Under the pieces are notes generated by a model. The model did no database searches and had not been told where the DNA came from. It saw nothing but the letters and a program-made list of their open reading frames with translations. Of a DNA stretch of 64,000 bases, positions 26,706-40,606 are shown in pieces. A program made the translations under genes and the position numbers. This DNA is from Eledone cirrhosa (taxonomy: Eukaryota): the NCBI GenBank assembly GCA_964016885.1, contig OZ024746.1:69378001-69442000 (forward strand), in the 5' to 3' direction. Each line of letters opens with the position of its first letter. Positions within the stretch are counted from its first letter, which is position 1.

Positions 26706-27324
26706 TCCTACACGTCTAGGAATATATCACCTGATAACGATCGGAGATAAAACCGACGGAAGTGTGTTGTAGATGTAAATATATATATAAGATGGTTGGA
26801 TAACATCCATGAGCTTGGCTGGTCTCGCTTGGGATTCCAGCTGGATCAGTTGGAGATGGTTGCTTCTGATAGGATCTGCTCGAAGGAGTGTTTGAGGACT
26901 CTGCCCTCATGACCCTTTAGATAAGGTTAATAACGCGAAAAATCCATATTTTATGAAAATGTCATATTTAGACTAATTTTTTCTAAACTATGAGAAATAA
27001 CAATCTGACTGGTGAACGACATATTTAAATAAACCATATGGCATTTGTTTTCTTTTCGATGTCTGCCAATTCGTCGTCTGTCGTATGATATTATATACGG
27101 CAGGTGAATAATTAGCAAAATGGTTAGAACGTCGGATAGAATGATTTGTGGTATTCTTTCTAGCTCTTTGCTCTCTGATTGTGTTAGCTCTGTTATGATG
27201 AGCTGAGTGAGTGGTTCCCAGCCAAGGGGGGGGGGGGAGAAGACGAAGACGAAGAAGAAGAAGAAGAAGAAGAAGAAGAAGAAGAAGAAGAAGAAGAAGA
27301 AGAAGAAGAAGAAGAAGAAGATCA

Positions 27325-27395
27325 CCTGAGGTTTCCACTTCTATAGGCTCGACTACAAACCTATCTGAAAGTGGCTGATACTTTACCAAAGAACA
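27325..27395 (-). pseudogene. Tiny CRE-like RLE fragment
   Basis: VKYQPLSDRFVVEPIEVETSG fits the KY..L...F.P...ET.G motif; homologous to 37650-37720. Confidence 0.5.
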
Positions 27396-27781
27396 TCGAA
27401 ATAAAAATCATATCCACACACAGAACTTTTTCTTCTCAAGCAGACAAGTGAGATTGCTCCAGTGAAAATATATGCTATTTTCAGCCAGTCTGCTAATATG
27501 CAAATCAGGCCGATCATCACTGTGTATTTTTTAAAATAGCATATATTTTCACCAGCTCTGACAGTTTGGCAGGTGAACAGTGAAGGGTGATACCCAGAAA
27601 CATTAGAGTCTGCGGTTCTGTTCGCATGCCAACACAAGAGCAGGAATGAAGTGTTCATTCTACTGACATGGCTATAAAATTGAGGCTTGTTTGCATAATT
27701 GCAAACGAATCGAATGTTATTATTAATATTCGAAAAACTCAGATTACATTTATTGTATTTAGCCATGTAGAGCGAATTTTT

Positions 27782-27859
<78 letters not shown>

Positions 27860-27924
27860 TAAATATATAGTAATAATAATACATGTGAAGACTAAAATCC
27901 AAAGAGGACACGATAAGGATAAAT

Positions 27925-28087
27925 ATATATCAGGAACCAAAGTATCGTCTTCCTGTTTTCCTTCGGTTGCAACGCTTTTCGGAATATTTACTTCTGCGTT
28001 CACAGATTGATTTAGTTTAGTTTCAGAAGATCCCGTCAAGGGTGAAAGCAGCGATTCTTTGCTTAAACTTTAATCTGTTATTTTAAT
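27925..28087 (+). mobile_element. Solo PLE pLTR fragment (copy of 12985-13147) between (TA)n tracts
   Basis: Direct sequence similarity; contains the hammerhead-like motif at 28019-28069. Confidence 0.75.
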
Positions 28088-28088
28088 A

Positions 28089-28183
<95 letters not shown>

Positions 28184-28306
28184 ATTACACACATATATAT
28201 ATATGAAGAAGTCGAAGTTGGAAAGCCACTACAATGCAGGTTTGGACAGAGAAAAAATAATAACGCATGAAACGGGGGGGGGGGGTTACCTTAATTTATT
28301 CATATG

Positions 28307-28345
28307 TCCCGATATTTCGAGATTAATATCTCTTCATCCAAGGGA
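28307..28345 (-). ncRNA. Degenerate minimal hammerhead-like motif in a (TA)n-flanked repeat (28203-28350)
   Basis: Minus strand reads tccc-TTGGATGA-agaga tattaa tctc-GAAA-ta-TC-ggga. The core has an extra base. Confidence 0.45.
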
Positions 28346-28369
28346 AAAAATATATATGTACCCCCCCCC

Positions 28370-28418
<49 letters not shown>

Positions 28419-28422
<4 letters not shown>

Positions 28423-29030
28423 TGGCTGCCAACTCGTTTTCGAGTACGGCCACTACTTTATAACCATGTAGGAGAACCCCTACCGATACGCTGAACGAGT
28501 GTGACTTTTTAGTCCAGCCAGCAACTTGAAAACTCTGGTACAAACACTACACTTGTGACAATTATTGACACATAGTGCTGGGCCCATGGTACCATGTAAT
28601 GACAAGTGCAGAGAGATCTCCAGATACAAAGCAATGCCTGTGCCGTGAAGCTTTTATAGTGAGCAAAGGCACTGCACAAAGCCAGTCCCACTCTCTTAAC
28701 CAAGATGATATTTACCAAAAAGAAGAACAAGTCAACATCATTGGATACCATCAGGGTTGCAGGTGTTATATCAGAGTTTTCCTTCTCCTAGAATTCTGCC
28801 TTGACAAAGGCTAAGGGGTCATCTCTCCCGGTGATTTTGGATGGCCATTGACTCTTAAGAGCTCCTTTGCCCTTTGACAGGTTTTGTTTTTAGTCCTGCA
28901 GGATGTCCAAAGTCACCCTCCTCACCAAGAAACCTTAGTGGGGTTGCCAGTTTAGTCGCCAACGACCCGACCATGAGACAGGTTGTACTGGGATACATGT
29001 TACCAGTAGCACCAAGTGGTGACCTGACAT
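28419..29030 (-). mobile_element. ~600-bp non-autonomous retroelement with RTE-5'UTR-like motif, inside (TA)n
   Basis: Second copy at 35396-35982. Contains CTAGGAGAAGGAAAACTCTGA, which I recall from RTE-type 5' UTRs, and ends GTTGGCAGCCACCAT(AT)n. No real ORF. Confidence 0.7.
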
Positions 29031-29184
29031 AATATATATATATATAGCATATATATATACATATAGCATATATATATATATAGCATATACATATATATAT
29101 ATAGCACATATATATATATATATATATAGCATATATATATATATATAGCATACACATATATATATATAGCATATATATATATAT

Positions 29185-29225
<41 letters not shown>

Positions 29226-29242
29226 CATATATATATATATAT

Positions 29243-29488
<246 letters not shown>

Positions 29489-29844
29489 GAAATGTGTACG
29501 TCCCAACGAAAATTACTATAGCAGCCGATCACTATAAATGGATAAAGGACACATGGAGATGGAAAAAAGTGGGCAGATGCACATCATGTGATGAACCGAA
29601 CCCCCACATCTGTCTTTTCAGGAATGGAACTCGGTTTCGACGAGTTTCCACATATCATTGCACATGCTTTAAGACAAGTCTGTACAGAACCGTATTCTCA
29701 TAAATATATAGCGTTGATAAGCCTATTATATAAATGTGCTTCATGCTGCTCTTTTTTTAATTTCTAAGCCAGCATTTCTTGTATAGTGTCATGTCTTGTT
29801 AGTAAACGAATGCCATTTGTGATTGTCTATATATTGTCTATATA

Positions 29845-30010
29845 TGTAGCTAGTGGTTAGAGAATTGGATTCTCTGACAAGATGGTGCGTTATGTCCTTA
29901 AGCAAGACACTTTATTTCAAGTTGCTCTTTCTGCCAAGTGTTACACCCGGTAGATAGTATCAGCAATGGAAAGTCGAATGTAAACATTGTTTCGCTCTGA
30001 TTTGACGAGT
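29845..30010 (+). mobile_element. SINE family B, internally deleted
   Basis: Similar to 23817-24020. Confidence 0.7.
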
Positions 30011-30079
30011 TCCATTCTACCCAGTAACCAAATGATGTCTGGGATCTTGTCGATGAATAAATGTTTATGTCTTATTTTA

Positions 30080-30300
30080 TTGGATTGGCAGAATTAGTAG
30101 AGGGTCTGACGCCATGTTTTGCAGCATAGAGTTACGGCCCTTTATGATCTGAGTTCAAATCCCGCCGCGGTTAACTTTGCCTTTCATGCTTACGGGAGTC
30201 GATAAAATAAAGTACCAGTCACGCACTGGAGTTGATTTAATCGACTTTCCCCTCCCCCCCAAATTGCTGGCCTTGTGCCTATATAAGAAACCATTTTATT
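30080..30300 (+). mobile_element. SINE family A
   Basis: Matches the family consensus. Confidence 0.85.
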
Positions 30301-31138
30301 TGTAATCTATATGACCATCGCAACTGTGAAAGGACTTGTCTTGTCTGATCTGTGTATAATTTAAAATTATGGGTGCTCTGTTTCCTCAATATTACTATAT
30401 ATATTTTTTTTTAGTTTCCTAAATGTGTCTTTAATGTCGTCAATGTAATATCCAATAGAATTTTAAAAAATATTTTCAAAGTTTTTTTTTTTTTTTTTTT
30501 TTGGTGTAGATGTTGTTATTGCTAGAGGTGGTGGTAATGGTGCTGGTGCTGGTAGTGTGTGTGTGTGTGTGTGTGTGTGGGGGGAGTTGGTTGTTATGTG
30601 ATCATATTGATTGTGTGGTGATTGTAGCGTTGGTGCAGCTGCTTTTAGTGATGGTGGTGATTATTGTTGCTAATATATTTGTTTGTAAAGATTGTGACAA
30701 TGTCAGCAACGAGGACAATGACCTGATGGTCGTTGTTTATAGATTATAGCTTCCCTTTACTTCTCTCGATGACAGCTTGAGTGTGCTGTTTGACACCGGC
30801 CATTACTGTCCAATACACATAAACACACACTTGCATTAATGCATACACACAAACACAGACACTTGCACACATGCACACACACACACACACACACACATAT
30901 ATGCATACACATGCACATATGCATACACATGCGCACACATGCACTTATGCATACACATGCACACACACACACACACACTTGCACACATGCACACACATAC
31001 ACACATACATACACATGCACATATGCACACACAAACACACACATACAGAGATACACAGATACACAACGACTACAACAATTGACAATTTCTCTCTGACTTA
31101 ACACCCAGGCTGCCTCTCCTTTTCTCTCTCTCTCTCTT

Positions 31139-31214
<76 letters not shown>

Positions 31215-31553
31215 GCATACATACACACACATACACGACACAATGATGGAATCTCTACGTGGTAACCTGATATGTTAGAAATAGTAGCGGAATGCCTCTC
31301 AAACCGTGCCTGTATTAAAAGGGAAAGGAATCACTGGATATCGCGTTGTCCTGGATATATAAAATTATAGGCAGAATACAAGATGGAACGACTTTCATCT
31401 TTAGTTTCCTTGGCCATGGTTGGCCTAGGGTTAAAACAAATACAACATAGACAGACCATTTTATTCTTTCTGACGACTGGAGACATATAAATATCTGTCT
31501 TCAAGAAAGCACTGGTAAATGAATTAATTATCTTATGTTGTTTATTACATAAC

Positions 31554-31621
<68 letters not shown>

Positions 31622-31966
31622 TAAACGGAAAAGAAAATGCTGACAAATTGTTCCCAGTGAAAAATAGTTTAATTAGGAATAAGTAAAAATTAGTAATAGT
31701 ATTGGTTAGTATTCAGTTTTCGTTTTAAGTTTTACCAGTTGCGCATTTCTAATGCTTTTCAAAAATAATTTTGAGATAGAGCGCTCGTGGTGTTTGCTCT
31801 CAGATTAGAGCAATGAAGACGTTTCTTTCGTATTCGTCTTATTCGGGAAACCTCTGGTAATGAGGTAATTATATTGTATTGTTTTTTATACATTAAATTT
31901 TGTTCTGGTACTTACATAGAGCACTCTTTACTCCTATGACTTTTTCTATTTTCAACGGAAACTTCA

Positions 31967-32000
<34 letters not shown>

Positions 32001-32008
<8 letters not shown>

Positions 32009-32409
32009 AGATCAAAAGATGGTTAAAGGAGTTCCATATATTTTATTATGCGCATTTCAAAAACAAACATCATCAAGCAATAATATTTGTGTTTTCATCA
32101 GATAAAACAGGAGAAGATGATATGAAGGCTAAAAAAACACTTGTTGATAGTGCAGTTTTTAATCAACATATCTGCACTATCAACAAGTGTTTTTTTAGCC
32201 TTCATATCATGTTCTCCTGTTTTATCTGATGAAAACACAAATATTATTGCTTGATGATGTTTGTTTTTGAAATGCGCATAATAAAATATATGGAACTCCT
32301 TTAACCATCTTTTGATCTTATATTATGCATACTCCAGTCCCACAAACTGTAGAGTGCTTCTTATCCGATATCTGCATTGCTTTATTGTACTACAATAAAA
32401 CTCACCTCC

Positions 32410-32413
<4 letters not shown>
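32001..32413 (+). mobile_element. Fold-back cassette (155-bp arms, 16-nt loop) plus tail, inside (TA)n
   Basis: 32001-32155 versus 32172-32326; tail begins ACTC...GAGTGCTT. Confidence 0.88.
32220..32286 (+). ncRNA. Type I hammerhead ribozyme, canonical core
   Basis: ttttat-CTGATGA-[16-bp stem II with G-U pairs and one mismatch]-GAAA-tgcgca-TA-ataaaa. Confidence 0.85.
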
Positions 32414-32458
<45 letters not shown>

Positions 32459-32464
<6 letters not shown>

Positions 32465-32641
32465 AATTCGGGAACCCCGACGGATGAGCTCCGGCCGTTT
32501 CAACAGCTCGATTCGAACTACCTGTTGAAACGGCCGGAGCTCAGCCGTCGAGGTCTCGAATTTCTCATATTACCCACTTTACTACTCCAAGTATCGAGTA
32601 CTCTGATGGGTAATGGCCTAACTGGTTTTTACCACCTCCAT

Positions 32642-32647
<6 letters not shown>
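32459..32647 (+). mobile_element. Short imperfect fold-back cassette plus tail, inside (TA)n; related copy at 34368-34505
   Basis: 32459-32506 versus 32521-32568; tail ACTCCAAGTATCGAGTACTC. Confidence 0.7.
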
Positions 32648-32715
<68 letters not shown>

Positions 32716-33364
32716 ATACTTTGGGAGGGTCATGTTGCCAATATGAAACACACGCACCAGTTGCTTTCACTTCAATTTATTATAAACATCGTAGTAAAAA
32801 CACCCCCACTAGAGAACAGTCAGGAATTAGAAAAAACACCATGGAAAGCATCCAGCAAATAGCTAACTCCATCCATCAGAGTATTAGAGTTACTATAGAC
32901 TACCCAAGTAGACACCCCAACCATCGATTACCTGTACTAGACACAGAGCTCTGGTTAGATACCATTAACAACAAAAAACAAATCCTCCATTCCCATTATG
33001 CCAAACCCATGACTTCCAAATATCTGATCCACCGAAACTCAGCTGTTTCGGACCATACCAAAATCAACATACTGATTGCGGATTTGGTACGGGTGATGAG
33101 AAACGTGTCCCGCATGTGCAACCCCAAAGAACTAGAGAGACACATACAACACTTCATCCATCGTATGCAGTTCTTTGGTTACAATCAGAGAGATAAAATC
33201 AGAGTATATAGAGGAGCCAGAACCAAATGGGAAAAAATGGTAAGTAATGATACAAATGGGACCTGCCCCTTGTATAGGACACATTTTGGAATAGAATAGA
33301 AAGAACTAGGAATAAGGTTAATAGAATAAACTCATGGTATGATAGCAATAAATACCAGAGTGTA

Positions 33365-33868
33365 ATGTTCATCAATACAACCCCTAGAGGTGAATTAGCT
33401 TACAAATTTAGAAGGGCCCTAGATAAATATAAACTCAATATTAAGATAGTAGAAAGACCAGGCACCTCCATAAAAACACTTATTAGCAATACATACCGTT
33501 TTCAAAGACCTCCCTGTATAGATAAGAAATGTATAATCTGTAAACTAAGCCCCCATATTAACTGTAAAACTAGAAATGTAGTATATAACATAAGATGTAC
33601 TGAAGGACAATGTAGAGATAAGAATATAGTGTACATAGGTGAGACAGCTCGTAGTATAGGGGAACGGATAAATGAACACTGGCGAGAGCTTCAAGATAGT
33701 AAAGAATCATCTGTACTCCACCAACATGCTAAAATAGAACATAAGGGTAAATTAGAGAACATAGAAATAAAAATAGAATCTACACACAGAAAAGAAGCAA
33801 TGTTTAGACAAATTACAGAGGCAATAAACATAAATGAACTCCAACCAAAATTTAATAAGAAAACATGA
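33365..33868 (+). pseudogene. PLE GIY-YIG endonuclease domain
   Basis: VVY...YIGET.R...R..EH motif and the distal E...I...P.FN. Confidence 0.9.
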
Positions 33869-34098
33869 ATGGAACAGCAACATCACAACTTACAATTAAG
33901 GACAAAATGAAAACACACACACACATAGAACAAACAACCAAATAATAACATGTAAATAAACAAATAAATAAACAAATATAAACACACACAGACACCCGGA
34001 TGTAACACATGCGCAAACTAAGCACACAACACACACACAAACAAGATGGCGTAGGACAGAACAAACGAGAGGCACAAAAACAAAGAAAAGAATCCCCA

Positions 34099-34141
34099 GT
34101 CACTGAAGAGGTCACAGAATGTGTGACGAAAGAACTTTGAC
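34099..34141 (+). ncRNA. Minimal type I hammerhead in PLE 3' pLTR
   Basis: gtca-CTGAAGA-g gtcac...gtgac-GAAA-gaac-TT-tgac. Confidence 0.7.
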
Positions 34142-34840
34142 AATATATGAACGATCATCTGGTTGTGGAACCAACCAACCAACGGGAAGTTTATAAATTC
34201 CTAAATTTATAAATTTAATTTATAATAAATTGAAGTGAAAGCAACTGGTGCGTGTGTTTCTTATTGGCAACATGACCCTCCCAAAGTATAACAATATCGG
34301 TTTCAACACACGTTTTCAGATAAAGAATCTTTCTAAACAAATTCAGAAACGATATATATATATATATATGAAATAGCCGTCGAAACGGCTTGAGCTCTGC
34401 CGTCGGGGTCCTGAACCTTTTCCTATTACCCACTCTACTACCCAAAGTATCGAGTACTCTGGTGCGTTATGGTCCACTTGGTTCCTTACCACAATTCCTA
34501 TTTTATATATAATAGCAGAAAAACCACCCGAAAGGTGGTTTTCTGCTAGCTTGTGTAGTGTGTATATTGATATTATATGCAAGCATATATGCATATAGAT
34601 ATGATACATCAAATAAAATCGTAATTGACAATAAACACAGAAATTGAACGAAGACTGCGTTACACTGTCTTATGTAATCAGTAACGTAATCCATGATACA
34701 TTAAAAAAAGACGATATTATATATAAACTGCATTAGGAGAAAATTAGTGAGTGACGGAAATATAGGAATGTTTATTTAAGCGATCGCTAACCGGAAGTGT
34801 TGACATTTGAAGATTTTAAAGAAGTGAATCTTTATATAAG

Positions 34841-35112
<272 letters not shown>

Positions 35113-35395
35113 CTGTTCTTTGCGTTCAAATCCCGCCGAGGTTAACTTTGACTTTCATCCTTTTTTCGAGGTCGATAAAAAAGTACCAGTCTTGTACTGA
35201 GGTTGAATATTCCTCTATACCTCTTTCTCACTTCGTCTCTTTCCCTATCTATCCTTCTCTGGAAGAAATCTACTGTATTCAGACCTGGAGAGAGATGGGC
35301 TCCGCCAGGTTTAAAAAGGCCCTAGAAACGTCTATGTCAATATGGCGCGTCTACGACTCCATTGTATAGACATATATACATACATATATATATAT

Positions 35396-35982
35396 ATGGT
35401 GGCTGCCAACTCGTTTTCGAGTACGGCCACTACTTTATATCCATGTAGGAGAACCCCTACCGATGCGCTGAACGAGTCTGACGTTTTAGTCCAGCCAGCG
35501 ACTTGAAAACTCTGGTACAAACACTACACCTGTGACAATTATTGACACATAGTGCTGGGCCCATGGTACCATGTGAGGACAAGTGCAGAGAGATCTCCAG
35601 ATATAAAGGAATTCCTGTGCTGTGAAGCTTTTATAGTGAGCAAACGCACTGCACAAAGCCAGTCCCACTCTCTTGACCAAGATAATATTTACCAAAAAGA
35701 AGAACAAGTCAACATCATTGGATACCATCAGAGTTGCAGGTGTTATATCAGAGTTTTCCTTCTCCTAGAATTCTGCCTTGACAAAGGCTAGGGGTCATCT
35801 CTCCCGGTGATTTTGGATGGCCATTGACTCTTAAGAGCTCCTTTGCCCTTTGACAGGTTTTGTTTTTACTCCTGCAGGATGTCCAAAGTCACCCTCCTCA
35901 CCAAGAAACCTTGGTGGGGTTGCCAGTTTAGTCGCCAACGACCTGAACATGAGACAGGTTGTACTGAGATACATGTTACCAT
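35396..35982 (-). mobile_element. Second copy of the ~600-bp non-autonomous element
   Basis: High similarity to 28419-29003. Confidence 0.75.
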
Positions 35983-35992
35983 ATACATATGC

Positions 35993-36080
<88 letters not shown>

Positions 36081-36114
36081 ATACATATATATATACATAC
36101 ATTTCTATACATAC

Positions 36115-36150
<36 letters not shown>

Positions 36151-36355
36151 ACATATACATATATACATACATTTATATATACATACATGCACACACAAAC
36201 ACAAACAGACACACACACGAACACACACACACACCCGAACATACACACACACACACACACATACACACATAAACACACACACACATGATCGATTCTTTTT
36301 TTTTCATCATCAGACTGCTAACGGCTGATTGCAGCGGAATATGTTGAATGACATG

Positions 36356-36357
<2 letters not shown>

Positions 36358-36424
<67 letters not shown>

Positions 36425-36813
36425 TGCCTGTGTGTCTGCCTGTGTGTCTGCCTGTGTGTCTGCCTGTGTGTCTGTGTGTCTGTGTGTCTGTGTGTTCATG
36501 TGAGTGTTGGTATGTTTATGTTTGTGTGCCTGTGTATGTCTGTGTGTGTTCGTGTGTGTGTGTTTGTGTGTCTGTTTATGTTTTTCTGTGTGTGTTTTTC
36601 TGTGTGTGTTTGTGTGTCTGTTTATGTTTGTCTGTGTGCGTGTGTTTGTGTGTCTGTTTATGCTTGCCTCTCTGTGTGTGTATGTGTATGTCTGTGTGTG
36701 TTCATGTGAGTGTGTATGTGTTTATGTGTCTGTGTCTGGGTGTGTGTCTGTGTATGTTTGTTTGTCTGTATGTGTGTGTCTGTGTGTGTTCATGTGAGTG
36801 TGTATATCTTTGT

Positions 36814-36876
<63 letters not shown>

Positions 36877-36940
36877 AATTTATGTGTTTACGTGAGTGTG
36901 GGTGTGTATATGTTTGTGTGTGTGTATGTGTTTGTCAGTA
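36358..36940. repeat. Compound (TG)n microsatellite / low-complexity tract
   Basis: Direct inspection; one of dozens of (TA)n, (CA)n and (TG)n tracts in the window. Confidence 0.95.
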
Positions 36941-37409
36941 TTTATGTTAGTCGAAAGGTGATGGTGAGGAGCGGTGAGAGGGAGAAGGAAGACAACACCC
37001 TTGACCTTTCTAAGCTCTGCCAGACAGATCTGAGATCAATGCAGTCCAATATTCTATTTAAACATCTGCAGCATGACACCTGTGGTCTTTCTAAGAGAAT
37101 GTCATGGTGTCTGTTGTTTTTATTTAGCCCCCGGTCAGACATATGATCAAAAGGATTCCAATTGCCACCACCTGAGCCTGTCGTCGAGGAGATGAGGGTG
37201 GGCGGCACTGAATGTCGTTACATCCTAATTTTCTTTGGTGTACCCTCAGATTCAGAGAAAAAAAAAATGTCCTGAAATATGTTGCTTTTAAGTCTTCTTT
37301 TCTTTTCTTCTCAAAACAAGAAGAAAGACAAAAAAAAAAAAAAAATTACCAAAGTCTTGTAAATGTGTTTTTGTGCCATAAGGCAAAAGATAAGACATCT
37401 TTCTTCTGA

Positions 37410-37725
37410 GGAGTGACTAACTTCGCTTCCCCAGTGATGCAGGCCCGGTAGTGTTGGAAAGCGTTCTCTTGTGTGTGGGAGCGCATGTGCAGGCCGCCTC
37501 GTGGTCCCAGCTAACAGAATGGACAAAACGTTGTCCTGCAGAATGGCGAGAGAGACATGTTAGTATAGCCATTCCAATCAGCGGGGCTCGCTCCTGTGGG
37601 TGGCCAACTTCACCTCGATAATAGTGAGTAGGGAAATGATCCGGAGATCAAGAACATTGGAAATCTTCATCGCTATAGGTTCGACTACAAATATATCCAA
37701 GAGCGACCGAGACTTGGACAAAAAA
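37410..37725 (-). pseudogene. CRE-like retrotransposon 3' end (RLE C-terminus), degenerate
   Basis: Minus strand reads FVVEPIAMK...KLA...EPR*LEWLY*HVSLAILQDNVLSILLAG, resembling the F.P.A.ET.G...DPRE..L.QR.S.AI..GN..SIL consensus. Confidence 0.6.
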
Positions 37726-37946
37726 TTATAAAAACGAACAAACAAACAAATAAATAAAAACAGTTAACCAAAATATTCTGAAAAGCTCACGAGCACCGAA
37801 GTCTGGCCACGGGCCTGCGACAACCCATAGGCCGCACAAACACCGACAACCCGTCTTTATTCTATATGCCAGAATCCATGGCCACATTATTGAACGTATA
37901 AAACGGTAGAGTATGTTTTGAGGGAGATTTTAGACGCTATTTCTTT

Positions 37947-38010
<64 letters not shown>

Positions 38011-38464
38011 TGCGTGCGTGCGAGTGAGCGTGCCTATGTATGTGTGTGTGTATATTTATGAGTGTGGGTGTATATATGCATGTGTGTGTAAGTGTGTGCA
38101 TGTGCTCGCGTGTTTTTAAGTGCGCATGCGCGCGCGCGTGTGTATGTGTGTGTGAATATATACAAATGCAGAGATAGACAGATAGAGAAAGACTGAAAGT
38201 GTGTGTGACAAGCATGCAGAGACATAGACAGAGACAACCAGACAAACGAAGCAATGCCATATGTTGACTGTGGTGTTGATAATAACAGGCTTCGGTCAAT
38301 GAACTGTATGAGACTTTCAAGGTGAAGATCAATCAAATAGTATTGTTTGTTGTGGTTTGAATTAGCATTTTTGTTGTAGTTTGATTGAGAAAGAAACTAT
38401 TGGAAACGTCGACACTGTCTTGCAGTCTACACTACACGTTCAAAAACAAAGGTGCACGTTGGGA

Positions 38465-38575
38465 ATATAGATAAGATTCAAAGTAGAATCTTCAACATTA
38501 TTGGTTCTGACTTATCATGTTAGCTTCAATCACTATCACACCGTTGAAATGTTGTCTCTTTTTGCCTTTTTAAAA
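38465..38575 (+). pseudogene. LINE RT thumb fragment, same family as 1-250
   Basis: DKIQSRIFNIIGSDLSC*LQSLSHR*NV. Confidence 0.6.
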
Positions 38576-39269
38576 AAAAATAAACTTGACATTTTTTCAA
38601 CAATCTGTCGCGTATGTGTGTATGTGCACATATATACATTTATATGTATGAGTATATAACTATAAACGCGCAAACACAGACACACTTACAAAAATACACA
38701 CTCACAGGCTTATATTCACACAAATACACATACATACACAGTGTAGCAAATGGAACACCAGCCGATGCTTTGCTACAGTTTTTTCATCACCCGCTTCCTT
38801 TCTTTTACACACACATACATTCATCTTTCTCACTCTCAGAATCCCTTCAGCGTTAGAACCTTCACGAAATCTTATATGATTCTTTTCCTCCTCAGCAGTA
38901 ATTTCTTCACGAAATGTTAAATTCTTCGCTCCTGACAACGTCAGATTCTTTGATCACAGCAATTGAACTTTTCGAGCTCTACGAGGAAATTCCTATTATT
39001 CTTTACCCTGAAAAATCAAGACTTTAGCTATTCATGACCAACACTGAGCGGTCATAGGTAAAAGACTTTTAACTCTAGATGGTTTCTGTACTACAGTTTG
39101 ATGACAACGAATATTTCGTTGGTTTGTGATGTTGGACTCAAATTCTGCAGACCATTGCCTGTAGAAAAAACGACTAGAATGCATTTGATCACACTGACCT
39201 GCAGTTAAACAACAACAACAATCTCAATTACTTTCAACTTGATTCAAAATTATTATAGATTATTTCTAG

Positions 39270-39700
39270 TTGGAAGAAAAGTCATCAAGTTTTACTAAAA
39301 TTTCGTTGAATTATACTGTCAGATGCTATCTTAACTCGTTACTCTAAAAATGTCTGCTTTCTGTCATTATTATATCAGATTTCTGTAAATTTAATCGAAT
39401 TTGCGTCTAACTTTTTTATTTTTATATTACGAAATACCATTTATAAAATTCGAAAATATAATCTCTTTCAAGATTTGAAAAAGAGATTAGTTCAAAAATA
39501 TTTTGCAGTCGTTTTTTAAATTCATCCGAAACGTCTAGAAAATATCTCTGAAACGTATTCTTTAAATTACGCCATGAAGAGTGTATTTTCTGAGCGTTTA
39601 ACATGTGTTTCAATCAATTGATAGAATGGAAAAAGAAAAACTAAAAGTGTAAAACCTAAGTATATTAGTATTGAATGTTTAAAGGAAAATCTCTCGATAG
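39270..39700 (-). pseudogene. Possible highly decayed hAT (Charlie-type) transposase C-terminus
   Basis: LKNTFQRYFLDVSDEF...NIF loosely resembles L...F.RYF....W..NPF; a hAT MITE lies nearby. Confidence 0.3.
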
Positions 39701-39885
39701 ACGTTGATATTTCCTAGATTTTAGGGATTTTATTGCAAGTTCGCATTTTGTTTTAATCAGATTAGATAAGAATGGCATAATTTATTGAATGATGTAACTA
39801 GTAAATCTGTAGAATTTCAGTCTATACCAACCGAAAATCGATTTGTATCTTGTAATTTGCATCGTACTGTTTTTATGCTTTAAAC

Positions 39886-40177
39886 CAGGCATGGGTAACC
39901 CTTTTCGAGAAGCGGGCCGCATGAGATGTGGCTCATCATCAGGCGGGCGGCAAGCACTAATTTACATTCGTGCCCACATTTAAAGAAAGCGCGGTAACTC
40001 AGGTTGTTTTGATTTGTTTCTTCAGAATTCGTACACGTTGTTTTCCTCGATCGTAAAAATGATAGAAAGATAAATTACGCTTGAAAAATTGGGGTAAAAA
40101 AAATCAGAAAGATTTCACTTAGGTGACTTAGATGAGCCATTCAGAGAGCTTCGCAGGCCGCAAGTTTCCCATGACTG
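39886..40177. mobile_element. hAT-type MITE
   Basis: TIRs CAGGCATGGGTAAC / GTTTCCCATGACTG; 8-bp TSD ctttaaac / ctttagac. Confidence 0.8.
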
Positions 40178-40606
40178 CTTTAGACACTCTACTTTTTAAT
40201 ATCACAGACAGTATGATCGTGTAGATGGTAAGGTTGATATAGTTTAGGACAAGTATTCAAGAAGTCGGTGGTTCGAGTTTTGATAATAGTTCTTCATTGT
40301 GTTTATAGCCAAGAAACATCACTTTCAACAGCCGAGTCTATCTGACTCTAAACAATTGCGCAGGTTGAATAGTTCACTTCTGTCAGCAACGTTAGAACTG
40401 TTGTTCGTTGTATTCGAAGCTTCGAGCAATGGACCAGGCGGCGTGGTGTTCTTGCGCAAGGCACTTTAGTCCTCTCGGCTGGCAAAAATGCATTGTACCT
40501 GTACTCACCTGTAATTCACGAGTAAACAGGGGTACTCATCGTCGTAAAGCGACGAAAGTCCAACATCAAGAGTCACGTCAAATGCGTAATGTAGCTAGTC
40601 GGTATA

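Larger units (their letters stand above)
32709..34352 (+). mobile_element. 5'-truncated Penelope-like element: inverted 5' pLTR end, RT C-terminus, GIY-YIG endonuclease, 3' pLTR and tail
   Basis: 32709-32785 is the reverse complement of about 34220-34296. ORFs contain LPVLD, HYAKP, a C..C..C linker and NVVYNIRC...VYIGETARSIGERINEH. Confidence 0.92.

Noticed and set aside
27383-28039. 218-aa ORF as a candidate host exon
   Set aside because: It runs across a PLE fragment and a (TA)n tract, with no recognisable domain or splice context.
31725-31870. Minus-strand TTGAAAA...GAAATGCGCA and GAAACGTC hammerhead-like pieces
   Set aside because: Stem I cannot be formed; not supportable as a ribozyme.
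37470-37545. HDV-like pseudoknot suggested by GCC-GCCTCGT-GGT
   Set aside because: It lacks the GG and a correctly placed C-N-AA junction, and the region is explained as the antisense of a CRE-like coding remnant.
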